40,606 nucleotides of DNA from a virus. The translations under genes and the position numbers were made by a program. The notes beneath the pieces were generated by a model. It was not told the origin of the DNA, did no database searches, and saw only the letters and a program-made list of their open reading frames with translations. Below, in pieces: positions 8,783-16,017 of the stretch; positions within the stretch are counted from its first letter, which is position 1; each line of letters starts with the position of its first letter. The stretch lies in the IMG/VR virus record IMGVR_UViG_3300046747_000228; one strand, 5' to 3'.

Positions 8783-9069
8783 GGGCCCACCTCAGCATCA
8801 AGCCTGTTCGCGAAGTCTCGCCAGCGGTTCCGACTAGCCGCGGCACGATCGAAGGCGTCACGTAGCTTGATGATCGTTATCTGCTGCTGCTCGACGAACT
8901 CGATGAGGGCATACGGGTCATCGGCCTCGATCCGCGCGTGCGCTGCGGCAATCGCCTGCGGCAACGGGATACCGACAAGTTGCTCCCACTCTTCGAGCGC
9001 GGTCACGGCGCGCTCGACCTCGGCGCGCAGGCGGTCGCGCTCGGCAATCAGAGCGTCAACCGTCGTCAT
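8779..9069 (-). CDS. Hypothetical protein, paralogous module shared with 9066..9461
   Basis: ATG 9069 overlaps the upstream stop (ATGA). The product contains EEWEQLVGIPLPQAIAAAHARIEADDPYAL, which matches AEWEALVGMPLPQAIAIAVARVDANQPYAL in the neighbouring gene. Confidence 0.6.
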   Translation of the reverse strand: MTTVDALIAERDRLRAEVERAVTALEEWEQLVGIPLPQAIAAAHARIEADDPYALIEFVEQQQITIIKLRDAFDRAAASRNRWRDFANRLDAEVGP

Positions 9070-9461
9070 CGCTCCCCGCATTCCACGTAGTGCTTCGTCC
9101 TGCTGCGCGCGCCGAGCAACACGGCCGCGACCTCGACCGCGCGACAGTCGCAGTGATGCTCAATCGGCTGCAGCGTTCGATAATTGCTCGGCGCGCCCTC
9201 CCGCTCACAGCAATCGCAGAGACCTTCACCGCGCTTACCCTCGACGTCGGCCGTCCGCTTCGCCCGCGCCCGCCACATGTTCCGGTCCTGTGCGAGCTTA
9301 TGGAACGCGCCGGTAAGCGCCTCATACGCCTCGCCGAGCGCGTATGGCTGATTGGCGTCGACCCGCGCGACGGCGATCGCGATTGCCTGCGGCAACGGCA
9401 TGCCGACGAGCGCCTCCCACTCGGCGAGCAGCGTTTGCGCGTGCTCGAGCTCGTCGCTCAC
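9066..9461 (-). CDS. Hypothetical protein, paralogous N-terminal module plus a Cys/His-rich C-terminus
   Basis: GTG 9461 overlaps the upstream stop (GTGA at 9458-9461). The C-terminus carries CDCCEREG...HHCDC. Confidence 0.6.
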   Translation of the reverse strand: MSDELEHAQTLLAEWEALVGMPLPQAIAIAVARVDANQPYALGEAYEALTGAFHKLAQDRNMWRARAKRTADVEGKRGEGLCDCCEREGAPSNYRTLQPIEHHCDCRAVEVAAVLLGARSRTKHYVECGER

Positions 9462-9613
9462 GAGATCAGCCCTTCCCACGTCCCGCCTGCAGCGACGACG
9501 GCGATAGCGAAACCGGCGACCATGCCGAGAATCAGCAGACCGAGACGCTGGTCGACGTAACGCAGCATGAGCCACCCGAAAACCATCACCAGAAATTCAA
9601 CGACCACGATCAT
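9458..9613 (-). CDS. Small membrane protein
   Basis: 51-aa product MIVVVEFLVMVFGWLMLRYVDQRLGLLILGMVAGFAIAVVAAGG has two hydrophobic helices. ATG 9613 shares one base with the upstream TGA. Confidence 0.55.
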   Translation of the reverse strand: MIVVVEFLVMVFGWLMLRYVDQRLGLLILGMVAGFAIAVVAAGGTWEGLIS

Positions 9614-9924
9614 CACGGCTCGTACCTCGGCTTCGGGTGTCCTGCCGTGCCGCAATGCTGAGCGATGACGCGCAGCATGTCGCCCGCCGTGCCGTCCCAC
9701 TCGAGCGTCTTGCCGCACGGGCAATAGATCTCATCACTCGGCACTTCCTCCTCGCTCGGACCCGTGCTGAACGAGTCGTACGAGAGCGGCCATTCGTAGT
9801 GATCCGCGCTCCAAACAAACAGGTGATCGCGGACAACATGCACCACCTTGTGTTGCCGGCCAGCCGGCACCCAGAGCTCGACGATCGGGTTACGCCATAC
9901 GGCGAAGCGAGTGTCGATGGTCAT
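9613..9924 (-). CDS. Hypothetical protein
   Basis: 103-aa product MTIDTRFAVWRNP.... ATG 9924 overlaps the upstream stop (ATGA at 9921-9924). Confidence 0.6.
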   Translation of the reverse strand: MTIDTRFAVWRNPIVELWVPAGRQHKVVHVVRDHLFVWSADHYEWPLSYDSFSTGPSEEEVPSDEIYCPCGKTLEWDGTAGDMLRVIAQHCGTAGHPKPRYEP

Positions 9925-10199
9925 GACGTCCACTCCTTCGGGTTGATCAGCTTCATGGGGAACCCGCCCGGGCGCTTGCTCGCCTTGAGGTGCTCGGCGC
10001 ACGCCGGCGGACCGTTGAGCCAGAGGCGGCCGACCGCCTCGGCGTACCGCTGCTCATGCCCTAGCTGAGCGCACCCCCAAGCGCGCCGCGGCTCGTCAAG
10101 GCGCGCTAGGCAGGTGTAGAGCTCCGGCCAGAGGGTTTTGATCAGCTCGCGTTTCGACTCGCTCTCGTTCGCGAAGATCGCGAACGGATCGCCGCTCAC
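9921..10199 (-). CDS. Hypothetical protein
   Basis: 92-aa product starting VSGDPFAIFANESE.... GTG 10199 overlaps the stop of the zinc-ribbon ORF (GTGA at 10196-10199). The upstream part of the 234-aa track ORF is Arg/Ser/Pro-rich junk. Confidence 0.55.
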   Translation of the reverse strand: MSGDPFAIFANESESKRELIKTLWPELYTCLARLDEPRRAWGCAQLGHEQRYAEAVGRLWLNGPPACAEHLKASKRPGGFPMKLINPKEWTS

Positions 10200-10345
10200 C
10201 GTAACGTCCGGTCGCGGTAGCGCTCGAGGCACGGGCGGCAAACTCGACGGGCGACGGCCGGCCGGCCGAGCAGCTTTCGCCACATCGGCCGCCGGTAGAT
10301 CGCCACCGTTGCCACCCGATAGCAGTGCCCACAGCGGATGTTCAC
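10196..10345 (-). CDS. Small zinc-ribbon protein
   Basis: 49-aa product VNIRCGHCYRVATVAIY...VCRPCLERY has two CxxC pairs. GTG 10345 overlaps the upstream stop (GTGA at 10342-10345). Third-position GC is high in this frame. Confidence 0.5.
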   Translation of the reverse strand: MNIRCGHCYRVATVAIYRRPMWRKLLGRPAVARRVCRPCLERYRDRTLR

Positions 10346-10977
10346 GGGCGCCACGGCGCGGGGGCGCCGAGCTCGCGGCACATATCGTTGACCATGGTGC
10401 GGACGTCGTCCGCGTGAAAGTGCTCAGCATCGGCAGCGTTCTCGCGGGTGGCGAGAGCGACCCACGCGTCGATGCCCTCGAGCAGCGTCTTGCCGGCCGT
10501 GTAGATCGCCCGCTTAGTGGTGCGATCGAAGAGCTCGCGTGCGCCGATCGCGAGCGCGCCGAGCGATGCCTCATCACCGATGACAACCGCCTCGGGGTCA
10601 GGCGCCGACGGAACGCGCGCGGCAAGCTGCCTAGCGAGGTCGCTTACCTGCTCGGCGACGGCGAGCAGCTCGCTAGCGGTCTGCGAAGTGGCAGGCGCCG
10701 GCACCTCGGACGGTCCAATCTCACGCTCGACGAGAGCATGCGCGTTCGCCATGGCACGCAGGAAGGCGCTCGTCTCGTCGAGGTCGGCGACGTACGCCGC
10801 GGCAGAGACCCACCCCTTGATCGACTTCGAGCACCCAGGGATGTACGCCCACGGGCCGCGCACCTCGGCGCCCGCGGCGATCAGATACACGCGGAAAAGG
10901 TCACGCACGACGGCGCTCGCGGCGCCTGCGGCGACTGTGCGCGCTAAACGGCGCACGGCCTCGATGTGGTTGCTCAT
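10342..10977 (-). CDS. Hypothetical protein, N-terminal module paralogous to 10974..11633
   Basis: 211-aa product MSNHIEAVRRLART.... ATG 10977 overlaps the upstream stop (ATGA). RGPWAYIPGCSKSIKGWVSAAAYVA resembles PGGWIYLPGRVRPFAHGWQAAARCFA in the upstream neighbour. Confidence 0.65.
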   Translation of the reverse strand: MSNHIEAVRRLARTVAAGAASAVVRDLFRVYLIAAGAEVRGPWAYIPGCSKSIKGWVSAAAYVADLDETSAFLRAMANAHALVEREIGPSEVPAPATSQTASELLAVAEQVSDLARQLAARVPSAPDPEAVVIGDEASLGALAIGARELFDRTTKRAIYTAGKTLLEGIDAWVALATRENAADAEHFHADDVRTMVNDMCRELGAPAPWRP

Positions 10978-11633
10978 CGGTCCCCCTCGACGGCGAAGCC
11001 GAGGTCGTGAAGCGCCCGCTCGAGCAGCAGAGTCACGGCGTCCGCGCTCGTCGCGCCGCGGGGCATGCGGCGCATCACGGTGACGACCGCCATGCACAGC
11101 GCCGGCCGGCGTACGGTCGTCGCCGCCTCGACCGCGGCGAGCAGGCCCTTCGACGTGCCCGGGCCACCGCTATCGGCGAGCTCGACGAAGCGCGCGTACG
11201 CGTCTTCGCGGCGCCGGCCGCCCGGGGTGTTATCGACGCCACGCAGCATGTTCTCGCGCAGCGCTGCGTCGTGAACGTCCTCCGGGCGCTGCCGCGGTAC
11301 GGGTGCGATGTACGCAGCGTTCTGCTCGTACGCCGCGGCGTCGGCGAGCGCCTCGGCGTACGCGGCGGCGAGATCCTCGATCGACACGGAGCGCTTCGAC
11401 ATCTCGACGAGCAGGTCGCGGCCGGTATGCGTCACGGCCGTTACGGCGAAGCACCTCGCGGCAGCCTGCCAACCGTGAGCGAACGGCCGCACCCGCCCCG
11501 GAAGGTAGATCCATCCGCCCGGTCGGCGGAGGATGCCGACGTCGATAGCGAGGCTGCGGAAGATGGCTCCGGCGGCAGCATCGCCCTTCGCGGCGCGTCC
11601 GGCGAGCTGCTTGATTTCATCAACGGTAAGCAT
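10974..11633 (-). CDS. Hypothetical protein, first gene of an early leftward operon
   Basis: 219-aa product MLTVDEIKQLAGRAAKGD.... ATG 11633 is preceded by GAAAGG and by the promoter/leader module at 11634-11700. Confidence 0.65.
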   Translation of the reverse strand: MLTVDEIKQLAGRAAKGDAAAGAIFRSLAIDVGILRRPGGWIYLPGRVRPFAHGWQAAARCFAVTAVTHTGRDLLVEMSKRSVSIEDLAAAYAEALADAAAYEQNAAYIAPVPRQRPEDVHDAALRENMLRGVDNTPGGRRREDAYARFVELADSGGPGTSKGLLAAVEAATTVRRPALCMAVVTVMRRMPRGATSADAVTLLLERALHDLGFAVEGDR

Positions 11634-11700
11634 CGGCACTGCCTTTCGGGTTGGAGCGGGTGGAGATGTCAACCTAGCAGGAAACCTAGCAGGTTTGCAA
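11634..11700 (-). promoter_or_regulatory. Promoter/leader module, near-duplicate of 16018-16094 in the opposite orientation
   Basis: The minus strand reads TTGCAAACCTGCTAGGTTTCCTGCTAGGTTGACATCTCCACCCGCTCCAACCCGAAAGGCAGTGCCG followed by ATG. It holds two TGcTAGGTT elements 12 bp apart and then an SD-containing leader. Confidence 0.6.
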
Positions 11701-11712
11701 CCCGCAGACAGT

Positions 11713-11749
11713 GAGACGCCCGCCGAACGGGGAAGCTGGCGGGCGTCTC
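11713..11749 (-). terminator. Stem-loop, probable intrinsic terminator
   Basis: Perfect 12-bp inverted repeat GAGACGCCCGCC (11713-11724) and GGCGGGCGTCTC (11738-11749) with a 13-nt loop. It lies between the stop of 11771..11971 and the next promoter module. There is no clear U-tract. Confidence 0.55.
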
Positions 11750-11770
11750 GGGAGGTGGGAGGCTACGGCG

Positions 11771-11971
11771 TTAGTTGTCGTCCGCCTCGGCGGGCTCGCT
11801 CGTGGCGATCCGGGTGTCGCCGTCGAGCGTCACGCTCTCGGGCTGCGGGTGGCGTTCGGCGCGCGCCTCGCTACCGTGCAACGCCACGGCCTCGGCGGTC
11901 GCGCCCTGCTCGGGCTCGTCCTGCTGCGTCTTTTCCATGCTCCGCACGTTACCCCCGGTGGCCGCGGTCAC
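11771..11971 (-). CDS. Small acidic hypothetical protein
   Basis: 66-aa ORF starting at GTG 11971 (or ATG 11938, MEKTQQDEPEQG...). It is followed by the hairpin at 11713-11749. Confidence 0.5.
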   Translation of the reverse strand: MTAATGGNVRSMEKTQQDEPEQGATAEAVALHGSEARAERHPQPESVTLDGDTRIATSEPAEADDN

Positions 11972-12091
11972 ACGTCGGACACAGGAATACGAGCCCGTTC
12001 GTCGTGCGCGCCACGATCGAGCGCTTCCCGCGGCAGCACCCGCAGCGGGGGACGTTGCCGGGGGCGGCCGGCCGCGGCGGCAGGGGCGCCG

Positions 12092-12376
12092 TCAACGGGG
12101 CACCTCGACCCATACTCGCCGCCACGTCTTCGGGACGTCGGTCCCGCGGGACGTCGGCACGTGCCGCATCTGCTTTTGCGGGTCGATATACGCGACAACG
12201 TCACAGCCGTGCGTCGCGCTGTAGAACGTAAACGGCTCGAGACCGAGATCGTAGGGCGTCTCGGCCGCCGCGGGCGCCTGCGGCTCGGGTGGCGGAGCGA
12301 AGAGCTCGACGAGCGTGGCGAGCTGCTGCGGGTCGAGGCGCAACGTCACTTCGGCGCCCTGCTGCTCGGCGCTCAC
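12092..12376 (-). CDS. Hypothetical protein
   Basis: 94-aa product VSAEQQGAEVTLRLDPQQLATLVELF.... GTG 12376 overlaps the upstream stop (GTGA at 12373-12376). The upstream part of the track ORF is Arg-rich junk. Confidence 0.6.
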   Translation of the reverse strand: MSAEQQGAEVTLRLDPQQLATLVELFAPPPEPQAPAAAETPYDLGLEPFTFYSATHGCDVVAYIDPQKQMRHVPTSRGTDVPKTWRRVWVEVPR

Positions 12377-12747
12377 ATCGGCCTCGCTAGTCCGCGGCAC
12401 CCGATGACCGTACCGCGGGCGTTGCGCACCTGCCGCCACGGGATGAGCAGGTCGATCCGCGACCGGACGGCGAGCGCGAGCGGCATGCTCACGACGTACC
12501 ACGTGTACGGCTTCGCGTCTGGGAGATCCGCCACGTGCCCGTACTCGACCTGCGTCACGGCGACCGCCCCGGCGCCCGGGAGGCGCACCGTCGCGCCGTC
12601 GTCGTACACCCGCTCGGCGATGCGGGCGACCGTGCCGCACGGCGGGATGCTCAGGTATGGCCGGACGATCATGGCGCCCTCATCGATTACCCCCGGGGCG
12701 TCCGCGTTGAAGACGTCGATCACGTGCGGCGTGAGATTGATGATCAT
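12373..12747 (-). CDS. Hypothetical protein
   Basis: 124-aa product MIINLTPHVIDVFNADAPGV.... ATG 12747 is preceded by GAAAGG. Confidence 0.7.
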   Translation of the reverse strand: MIINLTPHVIDVFNADAPGVIDEGAMIVRPYLSIPPCGTVARIAERVYDDGATVRLPGAGAVAVTQVEYGHVADLPDAKPYTWYVVSMPLALAVRSRIDLLIPWRQVRNARGTVIGCRGLARPM

Positions 12748-12752
12748 GGTTT

Positions 12753-12920
12753 TCAGTTACCTTTCAGGATTTCAGCAACCATTTCGGACACAGGGAACGT
12801 AAGCCCGCGAACGGGGATGAACCTACCCTGCTTGATGCTCTCGGCGATCCATCGGTTATGCGGCACGGGGCACGTGGTGTCGCTGCCCGTGCAAACGACT
12901 AGGGGCTGATGTCTATCCAT
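12753..12920 (-). CDS. Small hypothetical protein (below the length cut-off of the ORF track)
   Basis: Found by hand translation of the minus strand, from ATG 12920 to TGA 12753-12755. Product: MDRHQPLVVCTGSDTTCPVPHNRWIAESIKQGRFIPVRGLTFPVSEMVAEILKGN. Third-position GC is only moderate, so the call is uncertain. Confidence 0.35.
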   Translation of the reverse strand: MDRHQPLVVCTGSDTTCPVPHNRWIAESIKQGRFIPVRGLTFPVSEMVAEILKGN

Positions 12921-12937
12921 GACGTATCTCCTACTGC

Positions 12938-13160
12938 GGCAGTGTGATTAAAACTGCCGACTGCCGACACGCCAGTGTGCCGAAAAGTGCCGACAGTGAC
13001 AGAGAGTAAAATTTCGATTACTACCTTCCGGTAACGTGAAACGCTCTGACCAGCGGAAATATAAGTAAGTAAGTAAATAACGACTCCTACGGGGGCCGAT
13101 ATATCGGCAATATGTTCGTTAGACACTGTCGGCACTGCCGACTGCCGACACTGCCGACAT
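12938..13160. repeat. AT-rich region with clustered TGCCGAC iterons; candidate origin of replication
   Basis: The exact 18-mer ACTGCCGACTGCCGACAC occurs at 12953-12970 and 13134-13151, with further cores at 12938-12944 (inverted), 12977-12983, 12988-12997 and 13152-13159. An 11-bp inverted pair lies at 12988-12998 and 13124-13134, and a 14-bp palindrome GCCGATATATCGGC at 13095-13108. A (TAAG)n tract sits near 13062-13077. This is the lowest-GC stretch of the window and it abuts or overlaps the 3' end of the primase gene. Confidence 0.5.
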
Positions 13161-15563
13161 CGCAGACGCGGGAATCGACGACCCCGGTTCGTAGAACGTC
13201 CCCGCGGCGTCCGTCACGCACCACCCGCGAGCCACCATGGCGGCGACGATGTCATCGCGGATGTCCCGCTGAGGGGCGGACAACATGCGCGAAAAATCCC
13301 GAGCTGTCATACGCCCGTGCCCATGCAACTTCACGGCCACCCGCTCGGCGAACCGAACCGTCCGGGCATCCTCGGCGAGCCCGCGCACGTCGAGGCGGCC
13401 GAGCTCGGCCGCGGCCTCACGTCGCCTGTGGCGGTCGATGTCGACCGCCTCGGCTTTTCCCCTGCGCGCCTCTCCGAGCGCCTGCACGTGCCGCCTGACG
13501 GCGTCTGACGTCTCCCACAGGGTGCCGGCTAGGGCGCAATCCTCTTCGTTGACTTCCTTCCTGCCGTCGAGCCGCGCGAGCAGTCCCGAAAGCTTGACCA
13601 GCATGAGGGGTCGCTGTGAATGGAACGGGTCGACGATGAGGCGCCCCTGCCCGCGGGAGACCCGCTCCCGCCTGATGGCCGCGAGGATCGCGGGCGGGAA
13701 CGTGAGCGTGACGCCGGCGTCCGCCATGGCGTGTTGCAACTCGGTCGGCACAACGTCAATGGGCACACCCGGCGGGAACGGGTTGTCGGGAGGGTCGTCA
13801 GGGATCGACGGGTCTACCGCCCAGACCCACATAAACCGTTGCGGCGTGCCGGCGTCGACGTCGGCGAGCAGCGGAAGCGCCGTGTGGTCTTGATACCCAA
13901 TCGTCAGGCCGAGAGCATAGGAACCTTTCTCGACGACACGAGTCGTCTCTGACCTGCCGTTTTTCTGGCCGATCGTCTCGCCGTTCCACGCCGAGCGAAG
14001 CGTCTCGCCGACCGTGCTACCCGTTCTCTCGATCAGCTTGTTGAGCCCCTGCCCTTCATCGGTATGAAGTAGGACATTGTGGCGTACCTGCTTACGAACC
14101 CGGGCCTTTTTGGCGCTTCCGTCTTTCGCCATATCGCCCGTTTCTTCCATTACCTCACCCATGTACGCCTCGGCGATTCCCTCGCCGCTCCCGAGCGGGA
14201 ACTCGGCCGGCGGCACGCCACCGATACGCAGAGACGCCCCGACGCCGAGGCCCTGCGTCTTGCCCACCCCCGTCGGCGCGATGATGGCGGCGAAAAGATT
14301 GAGGCTGGCGGGTGTGCCGACGCCGGTATCGGCTCGCACGGTATGCGAAGTCATGGCGGCGAGCCGTGTAAGAACCGAGTAGAGAGCAACGTCCCCGCTG
14401 GTCGCCCGCTCGTGCGCTACCCGCCGGATACGCGTGAGAGCGGGCCTAGCTGCCCAAAATTCGTCAGGTAGCGTCAAGCTGCCCGGGGCGACGATCGCCG
14501 TCGAGGGGGGCGCCCCGACGTTGCCGGCCGCCGCCCCGGGCGCTGTAAAACCCAGCGGCGCCACGATGCCCGTAGCCGGGGGGATGTCGTGCTCGCATAT
14601 CGTGCGCGGCACCGAGTTGGCTTTTGCCGCGAGCTTGACGGCGCCCGTGATCAGCCGTTGCCACTCTCCCGACGCCCACCTCGCTTCGCCGATCGCCTTA
14701 CGGAACGCGGCGCCGATCATGGCGACCGCATCGGGTGCGCCCTTGTGTCCCTCGCCGCCCGCCCGGACGACCGCGGCGAGGGCGTCACGCGCCGTCTCGT
14801 GCCGCGCGCCGTTGACGTCCGTGAGGTCGTGCACAGCCTTTATGCACACGCTGTGGATAAGCGGGCAGGTGCCGGCGTCGGCGCGCAGCGCATCCCACCA
14901 TGCCGCGAGGTCGCTAGTAGCGAGGTGGCTCTTCTCGGCGGTCGCGTACGGCAACGCGAGCCCGCGCACCCATGCTTCCGGGAGCTCGGCGAGGTATTCC
15001 GGCCGCGGGACTACCCCGGGCGGACCGCTCTGCGACCAACTGCCTTCGGCGCGCCACTCGTACGGGGCGCCCGCGGCGTCCGGGTTGGTTGATGGCCACA
15101 CGACGGCGTAGCGGTGTCCCGCTTGAATGATCTCGATGAACTTCGCCGCCTCGCCGGGCCAGTTGATCGGCCGCCCGTCGAGCTGCTCGGGCACCCGGAA
15201 CCATCGGATACCCGACGGCGCCGGCCGCGCGCTCGACACCCACGTCGGGGGTAATGGGCCGAACTTCGCCTCGAGCTCGGCGAGGTGCGCACCCCCGGTC
15301 TTCGAGCCGTAGTCGTCGACGTCGAGGCCGAGCGTGCCGGCCGCCGCGCGTATGCCGATGTTGTACGTCGCCTCGGCGCCGAGCTCCCATACGCCGATGT
15401 CGGCGTCAGACGGGTACGGCGAGCCGTGCCCCGTGAAGCCCCCCGGGGGCGGCGACTTTTGCCCGGGTGCTCGACCGATCGGCAACGCGCCGAGCCAGCC
15501 AGCAGCCCGGTAGATTCGCGCCGCTCGTCCGAAAGGCCCGAGCCCTGTATCGTCTGTCGTCAA
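13119..15563 (-). CDS. Bifunctional DNA primase/polymerase (prim-pol) fused to a P-loop NTPase (helicase-like) domain
   Basis: The N-terminus YRAAGWLGALPIG...GLDVDDYG...GHRYAVVWPSTNP is typical of the bifunctional prim-pol N-terminal domain. The central region has Walker A APTGVGKT and Walker B-like VLLHTDEG. TTG 15563 is preceded by GGGAGAG; the longest ORF would start at TTG 15593. Confidence 0.8.
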   Translation of the reverse strand: MTTDDTGLGPFGRAARIYRAAGWLGALPIGRAPGQKSPPPGGFTGHGSPYPSDADIGVWELGAEATYNIGIRAAAGTLGLDVDDYGSKTGGAHLAELEAKFGPLPPTWVSSARPAPSGIRWFRVPEQLDGRPINWPGEAAKFIEIIQAGHRYAVVWPSTNPDAAGAPYEWRAEGSWSQSGPPGVVPRPEYLAELPEAWVRGLALPYATAEKSHLATSDLAAWWDALRADAGTCPLIHSVCIKAVHDLTDVNGARHETARDALAAVVRAGGEGHKGAPDAVAMIGAAFRKAIGEARWASGEWQRLITGAVKLAAKANSVPRTICEHDIPPATGIVAPLGFTAPGAAAGNVGAPPSTAIVAPGSLTLPDEFWAARPALTRIRRVAHERATSGDVALYSVLTRLAAMTSHTVRADTGVGTPASLNLFAAIIAPTGVGKTQGLGVGASLRIGGVPPAEFPLGSGEGIAEAYMGEVMEETGDMAKDGSAKKARVRKQVRHNVLLHTDEGQGLNKLIERTGSTVGETLRSAWNGETIGQKNGRSETTRVVEKGSYALGLTIGYQDHTALPLLADVDAGTPQRFMWVWAVDPSIPDDPPDNPFPPGVPIDVVPTELQHAMADAGVTLTFPPAILAAIRRERVSRGQGRLIVDPFHSQRPLMLVKLSGLLARLDGRKEVNEEDCALAGTLWETSDAVRRHVQALGEARRGKAEAVDIDRHRRREAAAELGRLDVRGLAEDARTVRFAERVAVKLHGHGRMTARDFSRMLSAPQRDIRDDIVAAMVARGWCVTDAAGTFYEPGSSIPASAMSAVSAVGSADSV

Positions 15564-15612
15564 GTTCGTCTCTCCCAAAAGTGATGAACGCAAGTCTCTT
15601 CACGGAGACGTG

Positions 15613-15658
15613 AACGGCGCGCAGCAAGCCCTTCGCGAGAGGGATGCGGCGCGCCGTT
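15613..15658 (-). other. Stem-loop between the RHH-like gene and the primase gene (possible attenuator or terminator)
   Basis: Perfect 10-bp arms AACGGCGCGC (15613-15622) and GCGCGCCGTT (15649-15658) enclose a 26-nt loop that contains a smaller CCCT/AGGG pairing. Confidence 0.3.
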
Positions 15659-15681
15659 TGTCTAGATCGGGTCTAGTGACC

Positions 15682-15981
15682 CTACGCCTCGGGTGCGCCG
15701 TCGCCCCTCGCCCGCCGCGCGAGCTCGGCACGTCCCTTGCGCACGGCGCGCTGGTATCGCTGCGGATCGCGACGGAACAGGCGCGAGATCGCGTCGTCGA
15801 GCAGGTCGCGGACGACCTCACCCTCGCGCGGTCGCGTGTAGTCGCCATCCTCGGCGTTCTCGATGGCCACGCCGAGCAGCAGCTCGCGGGTCTGCGTATC
15901 GACGAGAGCGTGCACTTGCTGCGAAAACCGTCGGGCGGCCGAAGTCTGCGGCGGCGCGACATCAGTCACGAGATCAGTCAT
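15682..15981 (-). CDS. Putative ribbon-helix-helix-like DNA-binding protein (candidate early regulator)
   Basis: 99-aa ORF, the first gene leftward of the divergent control region. RRFSQQVHALVDTQTRELLLGVAIENAE...GEVVRDLLDDAISRL fits a strand-helix-helix pattern. ATG 15981 has no SD and lies 6 nt after TAGCTT, which suggests a leaderless transcript. The fold assignment is inference. Confidence 0.4.
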   Translation of the reverse strand: MTDLVTDVAPPQTSAARRFSQQVHALVDTQTRELLLGVAIENAEDGDYTRPREGEVVRDLLDDAISRLFRRDPQRYQRAVRKGRAELARRARGDGAPEA

Positions 15982-15987
15982 GCGACG

Positions 15988-16010
15988 AAGCTAGCAGAAA
16001 ACCTAGCAGG
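15988..16010 (-). promoter_or_regulatory. Leftward promoter/operator (tandem element) of the divergent control region
   Basis: The minus strand reads CCTGCTAGGTTTTCTGCTAGCTT, followed by cgtcgc and the ATG. The second copy supplies TGcTAGCTT (TGnTAnnnT) at the right distance for a leaderless start. Confidence 0.5.
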
Positions 16011-16017
16011 GCGTCGA

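Noticed and set aside
11972-12204. 78-aa ORF 11968..12204 (its TGA overlaps GTG 11971) and G-runs at 12048-12099 as a G-quadruplex candidate
   Set aside because: The ORF product is Arg/Pro-rich junk and overlaps the end of the 12092..12376 gene. Only a micro-ORF of under 30 aa could be real, and I cannot support it. The G-runs have long loops and are expected by chance at this GC content.
12899-13135. 78-aa minus-strand ORF across the AT-rich region
   Set aside because: It runs through the iteron/palindrome cluster and overlaps the primase stop. Its composition is odd and it has no SD. I read the region as non-coding origin-like DNA.
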